Shown piece after piece: positions 34,496 through 47,900 of a stretch of DNA of 64,000 nt (position 1 is the stretch's first letter; the number at the start of each line of letters is the position of its first letter). Location: positions 62,001 through 126,000 of the IMG/VR virus record IMGVR_UViG_3300042564_002819; one strand, 5' to 3'. The notes below the pieces were generated by a model, which worked only from the letters and a program-made list of their open reading frames with translations, made no database searches and was not told the DNA's origin. Both the position numbers and the translations under genes were made by a program.

Positions 34496-36307
34496 TTATG
34501 GATAAACTGAAGTTGACACATAAGTCCATTGATAGGCCCCGTCAACTTGAAATACTTTTAATGATCTAGCTACAGTCAATGACACAGATTCAACTGTGTC
34601 CGAAAAACCGACATCTTGTAAAACAGATTGATTTTCAACACCGTTTTTATCAACTGCAACAAATGTTTTATTAATTCCATCGGCCCCATTGTATGAGATT
34701 GTTCCAGAATATGCAGTGCAATGAACGTATGCATAAACTCCAACATTTTTAGTAATACCTGGTACTAAATCTTCTATAAATGATGCTAATTGAGTATTGT
34801 TTACTCCTGTAATGTCAAATGTTAAGTATACATTTTGATCTTGGAATTTTTCATCTACGTATGTTTTATTTGCTATAGAACTTCCTGGATCGCTTACATC
34901 TGGTGTTGCTACCCCTGTTATTTTAACGTCTGCTAACAACGGATCACTAAAAACTACTGTGCCATCGCTAACAATGTATAATGGATACCCTGTAGTAGTG
35001 ATTGTTGCACCGTTTAAGTTTATATAATCAACATTTAAATTAGTTAAAACTCCTATAGATGTTAGACCTGGGGCCGAAGTAACCGAAGAACCTAGTGCAG
35101 TAGCAGACAACACTAAAGAATTATTAATTTTGTATTGATATCCAGTAGGTATGTTAAAGTGACTAGTTGCATTCCAATTATTATTTGCATTGTCCCATGT
35201 TAACGATTTATCGCTAACTCCAGATTTTACAACTATACCAGCACCATCGAGTTCTATTTCTGAAAAAGTTGTGCCACCCGAAGTTATACCAAGTTCTATT
35301 GTTTTATCTTCAACTCGTATGTTAGTAACATCAAAATATGATGCTGAGCCGCCTACAATTAAGTCTCCGGTAATTCTCATACTGCCTGTTAAATCTAAAG
35401 AGTATTGCGGAGTTGATTGCCATATACCTATTCTTGAGTTTAAGTTGTCTATCTTAATTGCATCAACATTTGACGAGCCTTGGCGCACTTGTATTTTAAA
35501 ATCAGATCCAGAGATTTGAGATCTCTGTACAACAGTGTTGCTTTCTACTTTAACAGTAAAATCCGAATCGTCTCCAACAACTAGTCCTGTATCATTTTTT
35601 ACATGTAGCCAGCCAGTAGTAGTATTGTTAGATGCAATTTTTAAAAAACTGTTTGGAGTATATAAGTTTCCTAAGCTGTCTATTAATTGTGTTGTTGAGC
35701 TAGCAGGACCGTTAAATTTAAAGTCTGTGTGCTCAGAACTCATATTCCAACCAGCTAGAATGCTTGTTCCAAAGTTAGTAATAGATGTTGCTGCTGTAAA
35801 ACTTTCGCTACTAACAATAGCGACAGTAGTATTTCCGATTAAAAATCTTGCTACAACTCTAGGTTGTCCTGTATTATCTGTAATAGTTGTTATACTAAAT
35901 CCCGATTCTCCTTGCGAATCAGTGTATATAGGACCGGCTAGTATTAAATTGCTTCCATCACTAAAGTAAATCTGTTTATTATTAGTGTCTACCCATATGT
36001 CTCCTGCTAACATTGTTGGTTGAGTTGCAGAAACAATTGTTGCATCAGTTGATCTAAAAATAGATCCATCAAATATTTTTAATCTGTTTTCAGATGTATC
36101 ATACCATAGCTGACCTCTAATAGGATTAGCAGGTGGAGAGGAATTAGAAAAGTTTTCCAATAACTTTATAAAGTTTTCATTAAAATATTCGCCGTATCCT
36201 GTATAATTGCGACCTACTAGTACCAAGTCAGTTGTATCGGTATCTATTCGTCCATCGACCAAGTCAACTAAGAGTGTACCGTCGGCTGTATTAATTTTAT
36301 AACTCAT
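34496..36307 (-). CDS. Tail fibre-related structural protein
   Basis: Shared N-terminus GRNYTGYGEYFNENFIKLLENF...GQLWYD; beta-rich fibre-like body. Confidence 0.7.
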   Translation of the reverse strand: MSYKINTADGTLLVDLVDGRIDTDTTDLVLVGRNYTGYGEYFNENFIKLLENFSNSSPPANPIRGQLWYDTSENRLKIFDGSIFRSTDATIVSATQPTMLAGDIWVDTNNKQIYFSDGSNLILAGPIYTDSQGESGFSITTITDNTGQPRVVARFLIGNTTVAIVSSESFTAATSITNFGTSILAGWNMSSEHTDFKFNGPASSTTQLIDSLGNLYTPNSFLKIASNNTTTGWLHVKNDTGLVVGDDSDFTVKVESNTVVQRSQISGSDFKIQVRQGSSNVDAIKIDNLNSRIGIWQSTPQYSLDLTGSMRITGDLIVGGSASYFDVTNIRVEDKTIELGITSGGTTFSEIELDGAGIVVKSGVSDKSLTWDNANNNWNATSHFNIPTGYQYKINNSLVLSATALGSSVTSAPGLTSIGVLTNLNVDYINLNGATITTTGYPLYIVSDGTVVFSDPLLADVKITGVATPDVSDPGSSIANKTYVDEKFQDQNVYLTFDITGVNNTQLASFIEDLVPGITKNVGVYAYVHCTAYSGTISYNGADGINKTFVAVDKNGVENQSVLQDVGFSDTVESVSLTVARSLKVFQVDGAYQWTYVSTSVYP

Positions 36308-38334
36308 TAAAAGACTCCGTGATAAATGATGTATGTTACAGTAGCAAACGGTGGAACTGTGGTGAATTCGATTTGCGATGTATAATTATAGATACCTTCA
36401 GTCCTTGTAAGTCCAGATCCTGGGTCGCCGCCAACTATCGATACACTTGATGATCCACCGTCAGCAACTCCAGTTACGTTGGTAGTTGCATAGAATTGTG
36501 TACCATCATCGCCCATTAAGCTATGTTTGTGTTCCGGTAATTGATTTTCAATGATAAAATCACTTTCTGATCCACCATATTGTCCTACCGATTCAGACGC
36601 TATATCTTGTAATACTCTGTTTCCGCTTACTGCATCAGCTTTATGACCTAGTAGGAATCTTCCTCTAAGATCCGGTATTTTAAAAAATGCAGTTGAGGAA
36701 CCTGCTCCAAAGTTTGTTCCTATTGCTGTAAATAATGCGGCATAAGAAACTTTTGATTTTTCTGTTCCGTCACAAATAAACCAACCCGGAGGTGCAGTGG
36801 TACCTGCATATGACATAATTGAGCCAACAGGTATAACCGGACCTACAGCAGTATTAGGAATTTTACTAGTCAATGTTTCTTGACTTACTCTTTTTAAACC
36901 TATATCAGCACCGGCTAATCTTCTAATAACAATTTGATCTGTTGAATCAATTGTTGATATAAGTGTTTTTGAAGTAAAATAGCTATCGCTAAGTGTAGTT
37001 GTAAAAGTTTTTGTTGTGCCGCCAGTCTGGCCGTCAAAAACAAAGCTCGGAGCCGTTATGTCTCCTGTCATTACAAACGTAGTAGGACTATTTAATCTTC
37101 CTGTAGTTGTTGAGGATCCTGTAACGTTTCCAGTTAAACTTCCGACAAATGTTCCATAAAAGTTTGTAGCATAAACATTGTTAAATCTTGACAACGATGA
37201 GCCTATGTTCTTGCCTGTTGTTTCTGGCAATATATTACCATTAACAGTTAAAGAACCTTCTAAATCTATGTTACCACCAACATTTAAATTTTTAGCTATG
37301 CCTGCACCACCAGGTACAATTAAAGCACCATTTGAAATCGTTGTGCTTTCTGTAGTACCTCCTAATGTTAGTGTACCAGATGCAACTATATTTCCAACAA
37401 CATCAAGTGCTTCTGTTGGAATTTTAGTTGGACTACCTATTGCAACTTTAGTATCATTATATACTCTAATTGCAGTTGTCGAAACACCTGCATTATTAAC
37501 TTTAAAGTCAATACTTCCGTCACTTGCTTTATGTGAAATTTCACCTACGCTACCACTAACAGAAAACACAAGAGTTTGTGTTTCACCGATGTCAAGGCCG
37601 CCGTTATTTCTTATTCTCAGTGTTCTAGATAAAATATTTTCTGTACTTTTTCTAACAAAGTCTGTTCCTGGAACATTTGTATTAGAAATAACTAAATTTT
37701 CTGCTTTTTCAGCAAGACCATAATACTTTGCAGCTTGGCCGCCGATGTTGCCACTTATGTTAATTCCTGGATATATTGTGCTATATCCTTGAATTACAGC
37801 TTTAGGAATAAATTCTACTGAACTTATTATCGACACCGGAATGTCGCTAACATAATTTATAATAACCGGTATTTCTTGATTTGTAGTCGAAGTAACGGTA
37901 ACAAATTTTGATCCAGTGCTAGCACCTTCGCTATAATCCGGGCCTACTAAAATCCAACCAGAACCGCTATACAAGTATACTTGCTGATTTGCTGTATCTA
38001 CCCACAGGTCACCTATTGTACTTGTTGAAGCTTCGGGTTCTGTAGTAGCTTTTTTTAAGCCGCCGGCACTAACCCATTGTGTACCATCGTAAACTTTGAG
38101 TTGGTCAATACCGTCAGTTGTATCGTACCAAAGTTGTCCTTCGACCGGATTTTCAGGCGATGTAGTATTAGCAAAATTTTCTAACAAATGTAAAAAGTTT
38201 TCTAAAACAATATTTCCAAAATCTGAAAGATTTCTTCCAGGTAGTTGAAGAGAAGTGTCTGTGTTAACAGTATTATCTTCAACTGTTATAGAACCTTTGT
38301 TAACACTGTCAGTAAAGTTTACTTCATATGCCAT
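36307..38334 (-). CDS. Tail fibre protein with phage tail-collar domain
   Basis: Shared N-terminus; C-terminal PVGSIMSYAGTTAPPGWFICDG...Y..LF..IG...F.IPDLRGRF and LPEHKH. Confidence 0.82.
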   Translation of the reverse strand: MAYEVNFTDSVNKGSITVEDNTVNTDTSLQLPGRNLSDFGNIVLENFLHLLENFANTTSPENPVEGQLWYDTTDGIDQLKVYDGTQWVSAGGLKKATTEPEASTSTIGDLWVDTANQQVYLYSGSGWILVGPDYSEGASTGSKFVTVTSTTNQEIPVIINYVSDIPVSIISSVEFIPKAVIQGYSTIYPGINISGNIGGQAAKYYGLAEKAENLVISNTNVPGTDFVRKSTENILSRTLRIRNNGGLDIGETQTLVFSVSGSVGEISHKASDGSIDFKVNNAGVSTTAIRVYNDTKVAIGSPTKIPTEALDVVGNIVASGTLTLGGTTESTTISNGALIVPGGAGIAKNLNVGGNIDLEGSLTVNGNILPETTGKNIGSSLSRFNNVYATNFYGTFVGSLTGNVTGSSTTTGRLNSPTTFVMTGDITAPSFVFDGQTGGTTKTFTTTLSDSYFTSKTLISTIDSTDQIVIRRLAGADIGLKRVSQETLTSKIPNTAVGPVIPVGSIMSYAGTTAPPGWFICDGTEKSKVSYAALFTAIGTNFGAGSSTAFFKIPDLRGRFLLGHKADAVSGNRVLQDIASESVGQYGGSESDFIIENQLPEHKHSLMGDDGTQFYATTNVTGVADGGSSSVSIVGGDPGSGLTRTEGIYNYTSQIEFTTVPPFATVTYIIYHGVF

Positions 38335-38336
38335 TA

Positions 38337-38948
38337 TTAAACCTCGTTAAACCCGCTTAGGCTTTGTACTCTTACAGTATAATCAATCTGGATTAGTCTG
38401 TTTAAACTCTTTTGGACAGGGTGAAAAATTACGTGAGTAATTAATCTTCCTGTACCCGATGAACTGTAGCTCTTAAGTCCTAGTTCATCAAAAACAAATA
38501 ATTGGTCAGTATTTGCTGCTGTATCAAATGCATCCTGACCGTCTGGTTCGCCGTAATCTAACAAACAACTAACTAGTATATCGGTATAGTTTGTGCCCGA
38601 TACGTGTCTTATTTCGGTCTTGTTTCTAGTAGGATCTGTATTGTTTACACTTCTATCATCAACTACTTTGTTATATGTTTGGTTATACAAACTAGCATTT
38701 GTACCAGTTGTATTAGGAGTCAAGTATGTGATTATACCAGTTGGATCTACACTTGTGCCGCCGTTTCCGAACGCCATTTCGTATATAAATCCCTGTCCAG
38801 CATTTGACAAACTTTCGGCCAATGCTAAACTCATGTTTTCGTAATGTATAGCATTACGCTTGTTAATAAATATTTCTCCTGTTTTTGGATCAAATATTTT
38901 GATGTGTCCTTCGACGTGTATTCCATTAAGATCGTTTAAATTTGTCAT
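38337..38948 (-). CDS. Putative baseplate/tail structural protein
   Basis: Sits within the baseplate module; probable start ATG 38948 after AGGTG (ORF track GTG 38957); TAAATA box upstream. Confidence 0.65.
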   Translation of the reverse strand: MTNLNDLNGIHVEGHIKIFDPKTGEIFINKRNAIHYENMSLALAESLSNAGQGFIYEMAFGNGGTSVDPTGIITYLTPNTTGTNASLYNQTYNKVVDDRSVNNTDPTRNKTEIRHVSGTNYTDILVSCLLDYGEPDGQDAFDTAANTDQLFVFDELGLKSYSSSGTGRLITHVIFHPVQKSLNRLIQIDYTVRVQSLSGFNEV

Positions 38949-38965
38949 ATGTTTCACCTATACTA

Positions 38966-38975
38966 TATTTATTTA
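38966..38975 (-). promoter_or_regulatory. Late promoter-like TAAATAAATA
   Basis: Overlaps the stop of the giant gene, about 18 nt upstream of ATG 38948. Confidence 0.5.
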
Positions 38976-41900
38976 GGTAAGAGTATTGTTGCTTCACGCA
39001 AGAATCTGCTTATATTATTATTAGAAGTTGTTAATGATTTGCCACTTTCATTCCATACTTTACCAGTTGATCTTGCAATTACTACCTTAACTCCTGCTGG
39101 CGGTGCTATTGCCAACACCAGGTTATTATCTTCTATAGAAAATTCTGGCGGAATTGTAACATCACCTTCGGGACTATCCTGTGCTATTGTTTGATCAAAC
39201 AACTGTATTGAATTTTTTCTTAGGCGTCGGCCAGCAACAAAAACTTCAATTTCGTCAACGCTTTCAGGAATCATATAATCTCTGAAAGCAAATGTTGTAG
39301 CTGTAGAACTACCATCTGCTATTTCAGTTTGTGTAAGAACAACATCTGAATAGTTAATAGTTTCTTCAGGGCCTTGTCCATAAGCAACTGTGCCAACATT
39401 ATAAAGATTTTTTACACCTGTACCAAGTGTACCTCTTCTTAATTGTTGTAACTTATTTCCAACTACTTCAAAATATTCAATTCTTTCACCGTCAATAAAA
39501 ACTACTCCCGGTATATTTTTTGATTTGTTTGGCTGGAATATACCACTTGTGCTTTCAAGTACAATTCTTAAGTCATAATAATTTAAAGGTTCTGCTAGTA
39601 CATAAGAATTACTTTGATTTAGCCTCTTATAATGTGTTCTGTTTAGCATATCTTTAAAAATTCTAAAACCGTACTTTGGTGAAACAGGTGAATTTCCAAA
39701 TTCAATAACATCTATTTTGTCATTATTAAATGGTAACGACGATAATTGTATTGCATCCATTGTAGGAACTAAAACATAATCTATGTTTGGTGTTAACAAC
39801 TCGCCATTAAGTGCTACCCAAACGTAGTTTGCACTCGATGTAGTGCCGTTTAATTTAATATATCCACTCGATGTAAGATTTCTTGTTATCCAATTTTCTG
39901 TGGTTTCGTCAACATATGTATCTCTAAGTACTTTATATAAAGTTCTCTTAAAGTTGTTAATGTCGTGGTTACTAAATTGATATATTTCAATATCTGTACC
40001 AGAGCTCGGAGGAGTAGCAAAAGTTAAACTGTCACTTAATTCGTAAGTTACATCTAAAATTGTTAACAAAGTTTCGCTTAATTCAAACTCTGGAGAAATT
40101 GTAAATGAATTTCTAATATCATTTCTAAAAGATCTTACAACAATTTCGTCCTCAGAGACTGTTTTAACATACGCAGTATAAGATGAACTGTCGTTAGTAG
40201 ATACCAAAGTAATTTCAGAGTCTGCAACAATCATGCTGTCCACTGCACTTGAAAACTTTATTCTTGAATCTATAAAATAGTAATCTGCATCAGTTATAAT
40301 ATAAACTTCAAGTGTACTTCCTGAAATTCCAATATCTTCTTGCAACAATCTTACAATGCCGACTGTTGAATCAAATGTAAATTCTTCTTTTGTTAATTGT
40401 ATGCCGTTAACAAAAACTAATACGTTTGCTTCATCTATAGTTGTTGTGTCGCTGTATTGCCAAGAATCGATTGCATATTCTCTCTCATCTGTTGTAATAA
40501 ACGACTTACTGTAACCAGGACTTAAAATCTGGTTGTTAGATTTAACAATAAGATTGTATGCTAACGGTTGCTTGTTAAACGGAACAGGATTATCTGTACC
40601 ATCAAAGTCATGATAATCTGTGCTGCCATCTGCTTCGAAAGTTCTGTCAATAATTATTTGACTATAAGTTTTTAATGGTGTATCGTATATCGAATATTGA
40701 ATTAGATCTCCATTTGCAATTGCCGACGACTCGAAAACAATCTTAAGTCTGTTTGGATATTGCTCAGTATCTTGTGTTCTAATTTGATTGTAATCTCTGC
40801 CTTTTTCTTTAACTATTCCGTTAACAGTTACAAATGTTGACAGTGTTTCACTCCAAACTGCCGAAGTTACATAACTAGTTGTACTTCCGTCTGATATAGT
40901 ATATTCAGTGTCTATTAGATTAGCACCGTTAACGCCAATAGTTAAGATTGACAATAATGATCCGGTTGGTATAGTACTATCAGAAAACGAAATTGTTTGA
41001 TCTTCGTAATCAACTGTAAACATATCTGGTTTTAAGATTTGGTTATCAACTTTAACAATTATTCCGTCAGCTGTTTGAGGAATATTAGGAAGATCAAACA
41101 CAGATCTTGTACCATCTATTTTATAGTTTGCAACAGTAACAATTCCAACACCATCTGCAGATCTATGATATACTTTTAAGTCAAGTGTGTCTAGAACTTG
41201 TCCAGGTACTAACTCTTCTGGTCCTCTCGATGATGCAGTAACGAAGCCGTCACCGTCTATAGTTATATCAGCACTTGACAAACCTGTTGCTGTAGTATAT
41301 GCAAAGTTACCTCCTGAGATAGAAGTATCGTAGCTTGTATCTGTTGGTGCAAAGCTTCCGTCACTTGTGCTTTTTCTTATTATAACTATGTCATTAGCAA
41401 CTGTTTCGATTAGCTCTTCATCGATAGTAACAGTATCTGTTACACCATCTCCAATAATAGTAGCCATTTTTGCATTTAGATTACTTAACGGTGTACTAGT
41501 GCCGTAATTCTCGTCATCAAGTCTAATATTATTTAGATAAAAGTTGTATTCAACATTTAATTCTAGTGGCTTACTTAATGTAAGTATTGAAGTACTTCCA
41601 TCTAATATAAAAATTTCATCTTCGTATGTATTGTCAAAAGTATCCCAGGGCATGGATCCGTATCCACCGACACCAAATCCTTGCTCAGTACCAAAATCGA
41701 CACTGTTAACATTTACACCTTCGAATGTAACGCCATCCATTAGTTGAGACAAATCTTTGCCAGCCATGCCTGTGGTTGGATTATAGAAAAAGTTTATTCT
41801 ATCAGCAGCATGTAATAAAGATATGTCTTTTTTATAAGTAATCGATATTTGTGATCCCAATGCTGGTGCATCAACAAATTTTATGTATCCAAGATGACGG

Positions 41901-44900
41901 TCAAATCCTTTTGATTTGTCAATGTCATTTCCGATTACAAATTTGCTACTTAATTGCTGAATTCCATTTATTGTAACAACGTAGCTATCTGTTCTAACAT
42001 TCATTGGCCATTTTAGTACAAATTTTTCTTTTGCTGCTGTTCCTACAAATGATTCTGTTTCTTCTAATTCAGTAAACAGATAAGAACTGCTAATTCTGTC
42101 AAATCTTAAAACAACGTGTGCTGATCTAACAACTCCGTTTCCTAAAATAGCAACAGCAACCGCTGGTTCTCCGCCTTCATCTTGTGTTCCGTTAATAGAT
42201 ATCAATGGTGCTTTATAATATTTTCCACCTTTATTTACTATTTCAATTTTTGACACACGGCCTCTACTTAAGTAAGCTTTTGCTGTAGTTCCGTTCTCGC
42301 CTTCAACTACAACAACCGGTGTTTCTTTGTATTTTGATCCACCGTTAGCTACTTCTATAGATACAATATCGTAACCGTTGTTTTCTGTCCAACTTCTGTA
42401 AGGGTATTGTAAGTATTTGTCAATAACATCTTGAATTTGATTGTTTTCATACTTAGCATAACTAGTTTCTATTTCTTTTGTTATTTCGTTATAGCTAGGA
42501 GGTAAGTCAAAATCTGTAACCAGTGATTCAGTAGGTTCGATAGAAGAATACGCACTTATATATTCTCTTACTTTTGTACTGTATGGCTTTACTTCGTTAA
42601 CATAATCTTGATAATTTTCGAGATTATCGTTTTGGAAGTTAACAGGTTGATGCAAGTTGCCAACATTGTGTTTTACTCTTACAAAGCTAGTTTTAAAGGC
42701 CCAGTCAAGTCCATGCTGCTCGTGTATTGCATATCTTAAACTTGCAAAGAATAGATTTATGTATTCAACTGCTAAATCGCCTATAAATATTTCATTTTTT
42801 AACGCTGATAAAATATTTCTCAATTCGTTTACAGGTTCTTTATCATAGAATGTTAAGTCAAATACGTTTGCATCATATCCGCTGTTGATAGATGCATAAT
42901 CGTATAGCCTTGTAGAAAGCTGTATAGTACCATTTTGTCTACCCACAGTTTTATAATTTACTGTATAATCTTCAGTTGTCGAATCTGCAATTTTTTCTAA
43001 CAATAGCCAACCGCCAGAACCGATGTTATTAATTTTTATAACTTCTCCGATTTCGTCGTCGAGTCCAAATAATTCATAACTTTGATCTACAACATGATCG
43101 ATTTGTGTTAGGCTTGTATAGTCCGATAGATACCAGTCAGCATAGTCCCAATATCTAGTAGTGTCGTAGTTCTGATTGTCTTTTCTATTCCAAGTTTGTG
43201 TTGCTTTGTTCCATTCATAAATTGCCCAACGGCCGCCTATTTCGGCATCAGCCTTAACTAAAACACTGTACTTTCTAACATTCAATTTTACATTGTCAGT
43301 ATAGTTTTTACCAGAAGATCTAATATATGTACTAGTAATTTGTCCAAGATTGTTTATTGTTGTTTTAACAATTGCATTAGTGCCATTGCTGTCAACTATT
43401 TCAACATTCGGTGCAACACGATAACCTCTACCTGGATTGTCAATGTTTATAGAAATAATTTTTCCATTTTCAATCACCGGTGTTAATTGAGCTTGTTCTG
43501 TTTTTGATACTCCTACAAAACGAAGATCGTCTACTGTGTCAACTATGCTGTCATATCGACCTGTAGTTATTGCTGGTTCCTCATCTTTTAAGAATAATGT
43601 AGAAATATCATAGTTGTCAACTATTTGTCTAGTAATTAAAACACTGTTTGTTCTTTCAACAAGTTGTTTGACTGCTTCTAATCTATTTACAAACATTCCT
43701 TGACGTGGAGCATTTAAAATTCCATATTTCTGTCTAACAGTTAATGACGAATCTGGAACATTTTTTGAATTTTGATCATAACCAACTAAACTGTCAACCC
43801 ATTTGTTTTCAATTTCAGAATTTAATATAACATTGTTATATCCTTCAGTTATAAGCTGATATTCTGAATGTATATTTGAATTTAATGTTTCATCTTTGGC
43901 TATAGTAAAGTGGATCGCAGTATTTTTGTCTTCTATAAAAGTTTTTACATTATACAATGCAAAACTATTATCGCTTAACAACACTGCAAAACGATATCCT
44001 TGCCCAGCCGGATCTGCTATTAGATTTTCTATTGCAGATGCAGATAGTTGACGTTTACTATTTTCTGGAACATTCTTTTTACTCTTAACCCAGAAATAGA
44101 ATCTATCTACAAACGATCCTGACACAGGATCATAAACTTTTTTAGAACTGTAAATAGTATCGTCGTATAAAGGCTGACCACTTATGCCTTCGGCAAATCC
44201 AGAAGGAGTATCTGCTAATGCAGCCCATCTTGATGGAATTACTGTTGATTCTACCCATTCATAAACATCGATTGATGCACCTGGTAACAGCTTATTCCAA
44301 TTCGAAATTCTGTATTGATCGTCTCCTTGATAAGGATTAAACCAACTAGCAGTTTCTAATTTCCACCAAAGTTTTCCAACTTGGCTTTCTGTCCAACTGT
44401 TAACTGTATCAACAACAACACCGTCTTGTTGATTTACATTAAATGAATAGATAGCAGGATCGTAGAAGGTCTTCCATGTAATTTCTTGTTCAGCAGGACC
44501 TGGTATTTTTCCTTGACGAGGATCAATTACATCAAGATTTACTAATAAATCATTGGTATTAATCGAATACAAGAAGCATCTTTGTATTTTTTCATTATTC
44601 GGTTTGCCTTCTTGTATTGTTACTTCCGTCCAGCTATTTGAATTCTTTGTAGAACGCAAGTCTGCAAATAATCCTAGAGATGAGTCTTCAGAAGACTCAT
44701 AGTTATAAATTAAAGCAGAATCTTCAGTGTTAGCAGGATTTAGTTTAGGAAAACCTATATATAGATGATTATCTATTAATTTGAAGTTACTAATGTCGTT
44801 ATACTTTGTATTTCGATTGTATGCAACATCCTCGCCATATATATAAGAATCTCCAAGTTTTTGGAATAACGCAATTCTGCCAGTATCTTTCAACACATTG

Positions 44901-47900
44901 ACAAAGTTTGTGTAACCGTTATCAAATGTTGTGTATTCTTTTCTTTCATCAGAAGTCGGGTCGTTTACATACTTCGAATACTTAATGCTTCCGGTTTCTG
45001 TTTTTCCAACCATAATACCATAAAGATTTTCAGTGTATCTGTCAAATGTTGTAACAACTCTTTTGTCTGTATTTTTTCCAGAAATAGCTAATTTATTTCC
45101 ATAAAAATCTAAACCAGTACCAAACGACTCGTTCTTTTCTTCAAACGGGCTTCTTAATGTTTGTAATAATTCATAAGTTGATACATTGTCTGTTGTTACT
45201 TGTTTATAAATGTATACGCATCCGCCGTCTATTTCAATATCATCGTTTCTCGGTGCACCGATACCAATTCTGTCTCCTGTGTCATTTATAGAAACTTTAA
45301 ATCCAAAACTTTCTGACATGTCAGACGTATCGATATGTTGAGAAAACTTCCATCTACTTAAATTATTTCTATATATCGATACTCTTTCTGATCTTATCCC
45401 CGATCCAAGATTTACTGAGCTGGAAAGAATAATGATGTCGCCAAGTGTATTAACATCAAAGTTCTTTCCTATGTTGATTGCATCGTTATACAACGAGCTA
45501 TCGCCTTCGTTGTCAATGATGTTGTTTATTCTTGGTATGTATCCTGTATATTCTACAGTTTCGTCATCAAGTAAGATCCACAATGATGACGCTTCTGGAA
45601 TTGCAGAGCCTGGAGTTATATTTGTATCAGCACGGTATACCTGTCCATTGTAGAATACTATTTCATTTAAGTTATAACTAGCAAAGTCGCTGTATACTCC
45701 TCTATACATTTTATCTTTGCTGTATTCCCATGTATTATCCGAGTTATCAATAAAATAAATTCTTCCACGTGATAATGATTCTGTACCAGGTGCTCCAACA
45801 AATAACTTTACATCTCCAGTTGCTGTTGTTCTAAGCTCAACTTTATATCCAAATCTTTCGTTGTTTTTCGGATCTGGACTTGCTATACAATGTACTAAAT
45901 TATAATATCCAGTAGTTTGTCTTTCATAAAGATATACAACACCTTGATTTGTAAGTCCTGATTCTGTACCGTCGTCAGTGGTTTCTATTATATAGACTGG
46001 TTCCCAGTCTTGATCGGTTGTGCTTATAGTACTGCTTTCATCCCAAGGTGCAAAGGAAGAAATAGCTCTCCATAGCATTCCGTTATCGTTTACAATATCT
46101 CCCATTTGATAAACTGTTCCAGGTGTTAAATCACCTTTAAATTTAGTTTTAATATTGCTTGCATATGGTGCACCTATTGCAAGATACTTACCATTACTGC
46201 TTAATGCAACATCGTATCCAAATGCAGAATATCCACTAACAGTGTCATCTTGTACAAGAGACTGTATTTCTCGTTTATCAATTGACTCTGTAGATCTTGC
46301 ATAAATTCTTACTATACCTCTTTCGAAGTCGTCAGATACAGAACCGATTGCTAGTATAGTGTTAGCTATATTTGAATCAAAGCTAGTAGCAAATCCGTCG
46401 CCGTCTAGTGTAGGATTAATAATTTCTTCTTGAAGAGAAAAAATGTTTTCGTTTGTATAAACACCCCAGGCATTATCACCTTTGTTATCTATCCAAACAG
46501 TATCATTAAATTCTTGCTTAAGAGATTTTATGCTCGAATTCAATGTAGTCGAATCAGCAAATCTTCTAGTAACAAATTTAGCTACTCCTACTTCATTGCT
46601 GTCAGGTAAGCCGACTGAAGAGTTGTTACCCTCTGTTGTTATACTGTTTAAGTTTCCTGCATTTATTACTTGAACTTTGTTTAATGAAACTGCCCAAATT
46701 TTATAAAATTTAGTAATACTATCATTGGTAGACAGTAAGCCTATGATTTCACCTTTTTGATATTGAGTTTCAATGTAATTTTCAAATACAACAGTGAATC
46801 CTTCGATTACGTTTCCGTTTTCGTCAATAACTTCATCGCTGATAAAAGCACTGTCAAAACTTAAAATCTTGTCACCAGTTTTAACTAATCTTAATACATC
46901 CCAAGTTTGATTGTAATTTGTTACCCAAATAAAATCACCTACTCTAATATTAAATGCCGACAGTTCGAGGATTGAATCGTAGCCATTAACAACTGCGGCT
47001 ACATCTTGTTCTCTAATATAACCGTTGTCTTTAGTGTATATTGTGTTTGTTGTATTAGATTCAAACGGAGCATGATTATAGTCGTCTGGTCTCAGATAGA
47101 CTTCGTAAGGTGCAATTTCTTGTACTAGATCTGTTCTAGTGCTAGATTTAGAATCTACCAGTTCGATAATTTGAGGCTCAAGTTTATATTTTAATTCGTC
47201 GATGAGATACTCTATCTCATAAATGTTATCGGTAGAACCGTATTGTCCAAGACGAACTGCCCATTCTTCGTAGAATTCTAGACTTTCTTCTCCCGCAGTG
47301 CTTAATGCATCAAACAGTTTTGTTAAAGCGTTTTTAGTACCTTTTTCGGCTATGTATCCTTGATAAAACTTATATTGGCTTACACTGTCTGTAATAATGT
47401 TTGAAAGATATTCTCTCTTTTGATATCCGATTAAATGTTGTCCAAGACGTTGTTGTTCAGTGTCAAAGTTATCTGTATCCAAATCATAGAAATCAGCAAA
47501 TTGATTAGCTTTATAATCCCAGTTTGCATACAACCTTGATTCCGGCTTTTCAGTTAATCTATTCCAATTATTAGCATCAAAGAATTCATTACTTGTATGT
47601 TTAATGTTAGCACTGTAATAAAATTCTTTATACTTTACTAAATCACCTATTGCATAATCTGTCCAGATACTCCAATTTGTAATCTTCGCTTCATCAAAAA
47701 TAAATCCAGGAATATTTAGACTTCCGTCCCAATTATCTGTTCTGTATCCAACAACTTTGATTCTCTCTTGTCTATACCCTGGAACTTTGTCATAAATTGT
47801 ATCATTAAACACTGTTTGATTATCAATTATTATAACATGTTCTTTTTGTATTAGAGGTAATTTTACTAAGAAAATTCCTTCATCGGAATTTACCGGAGTT

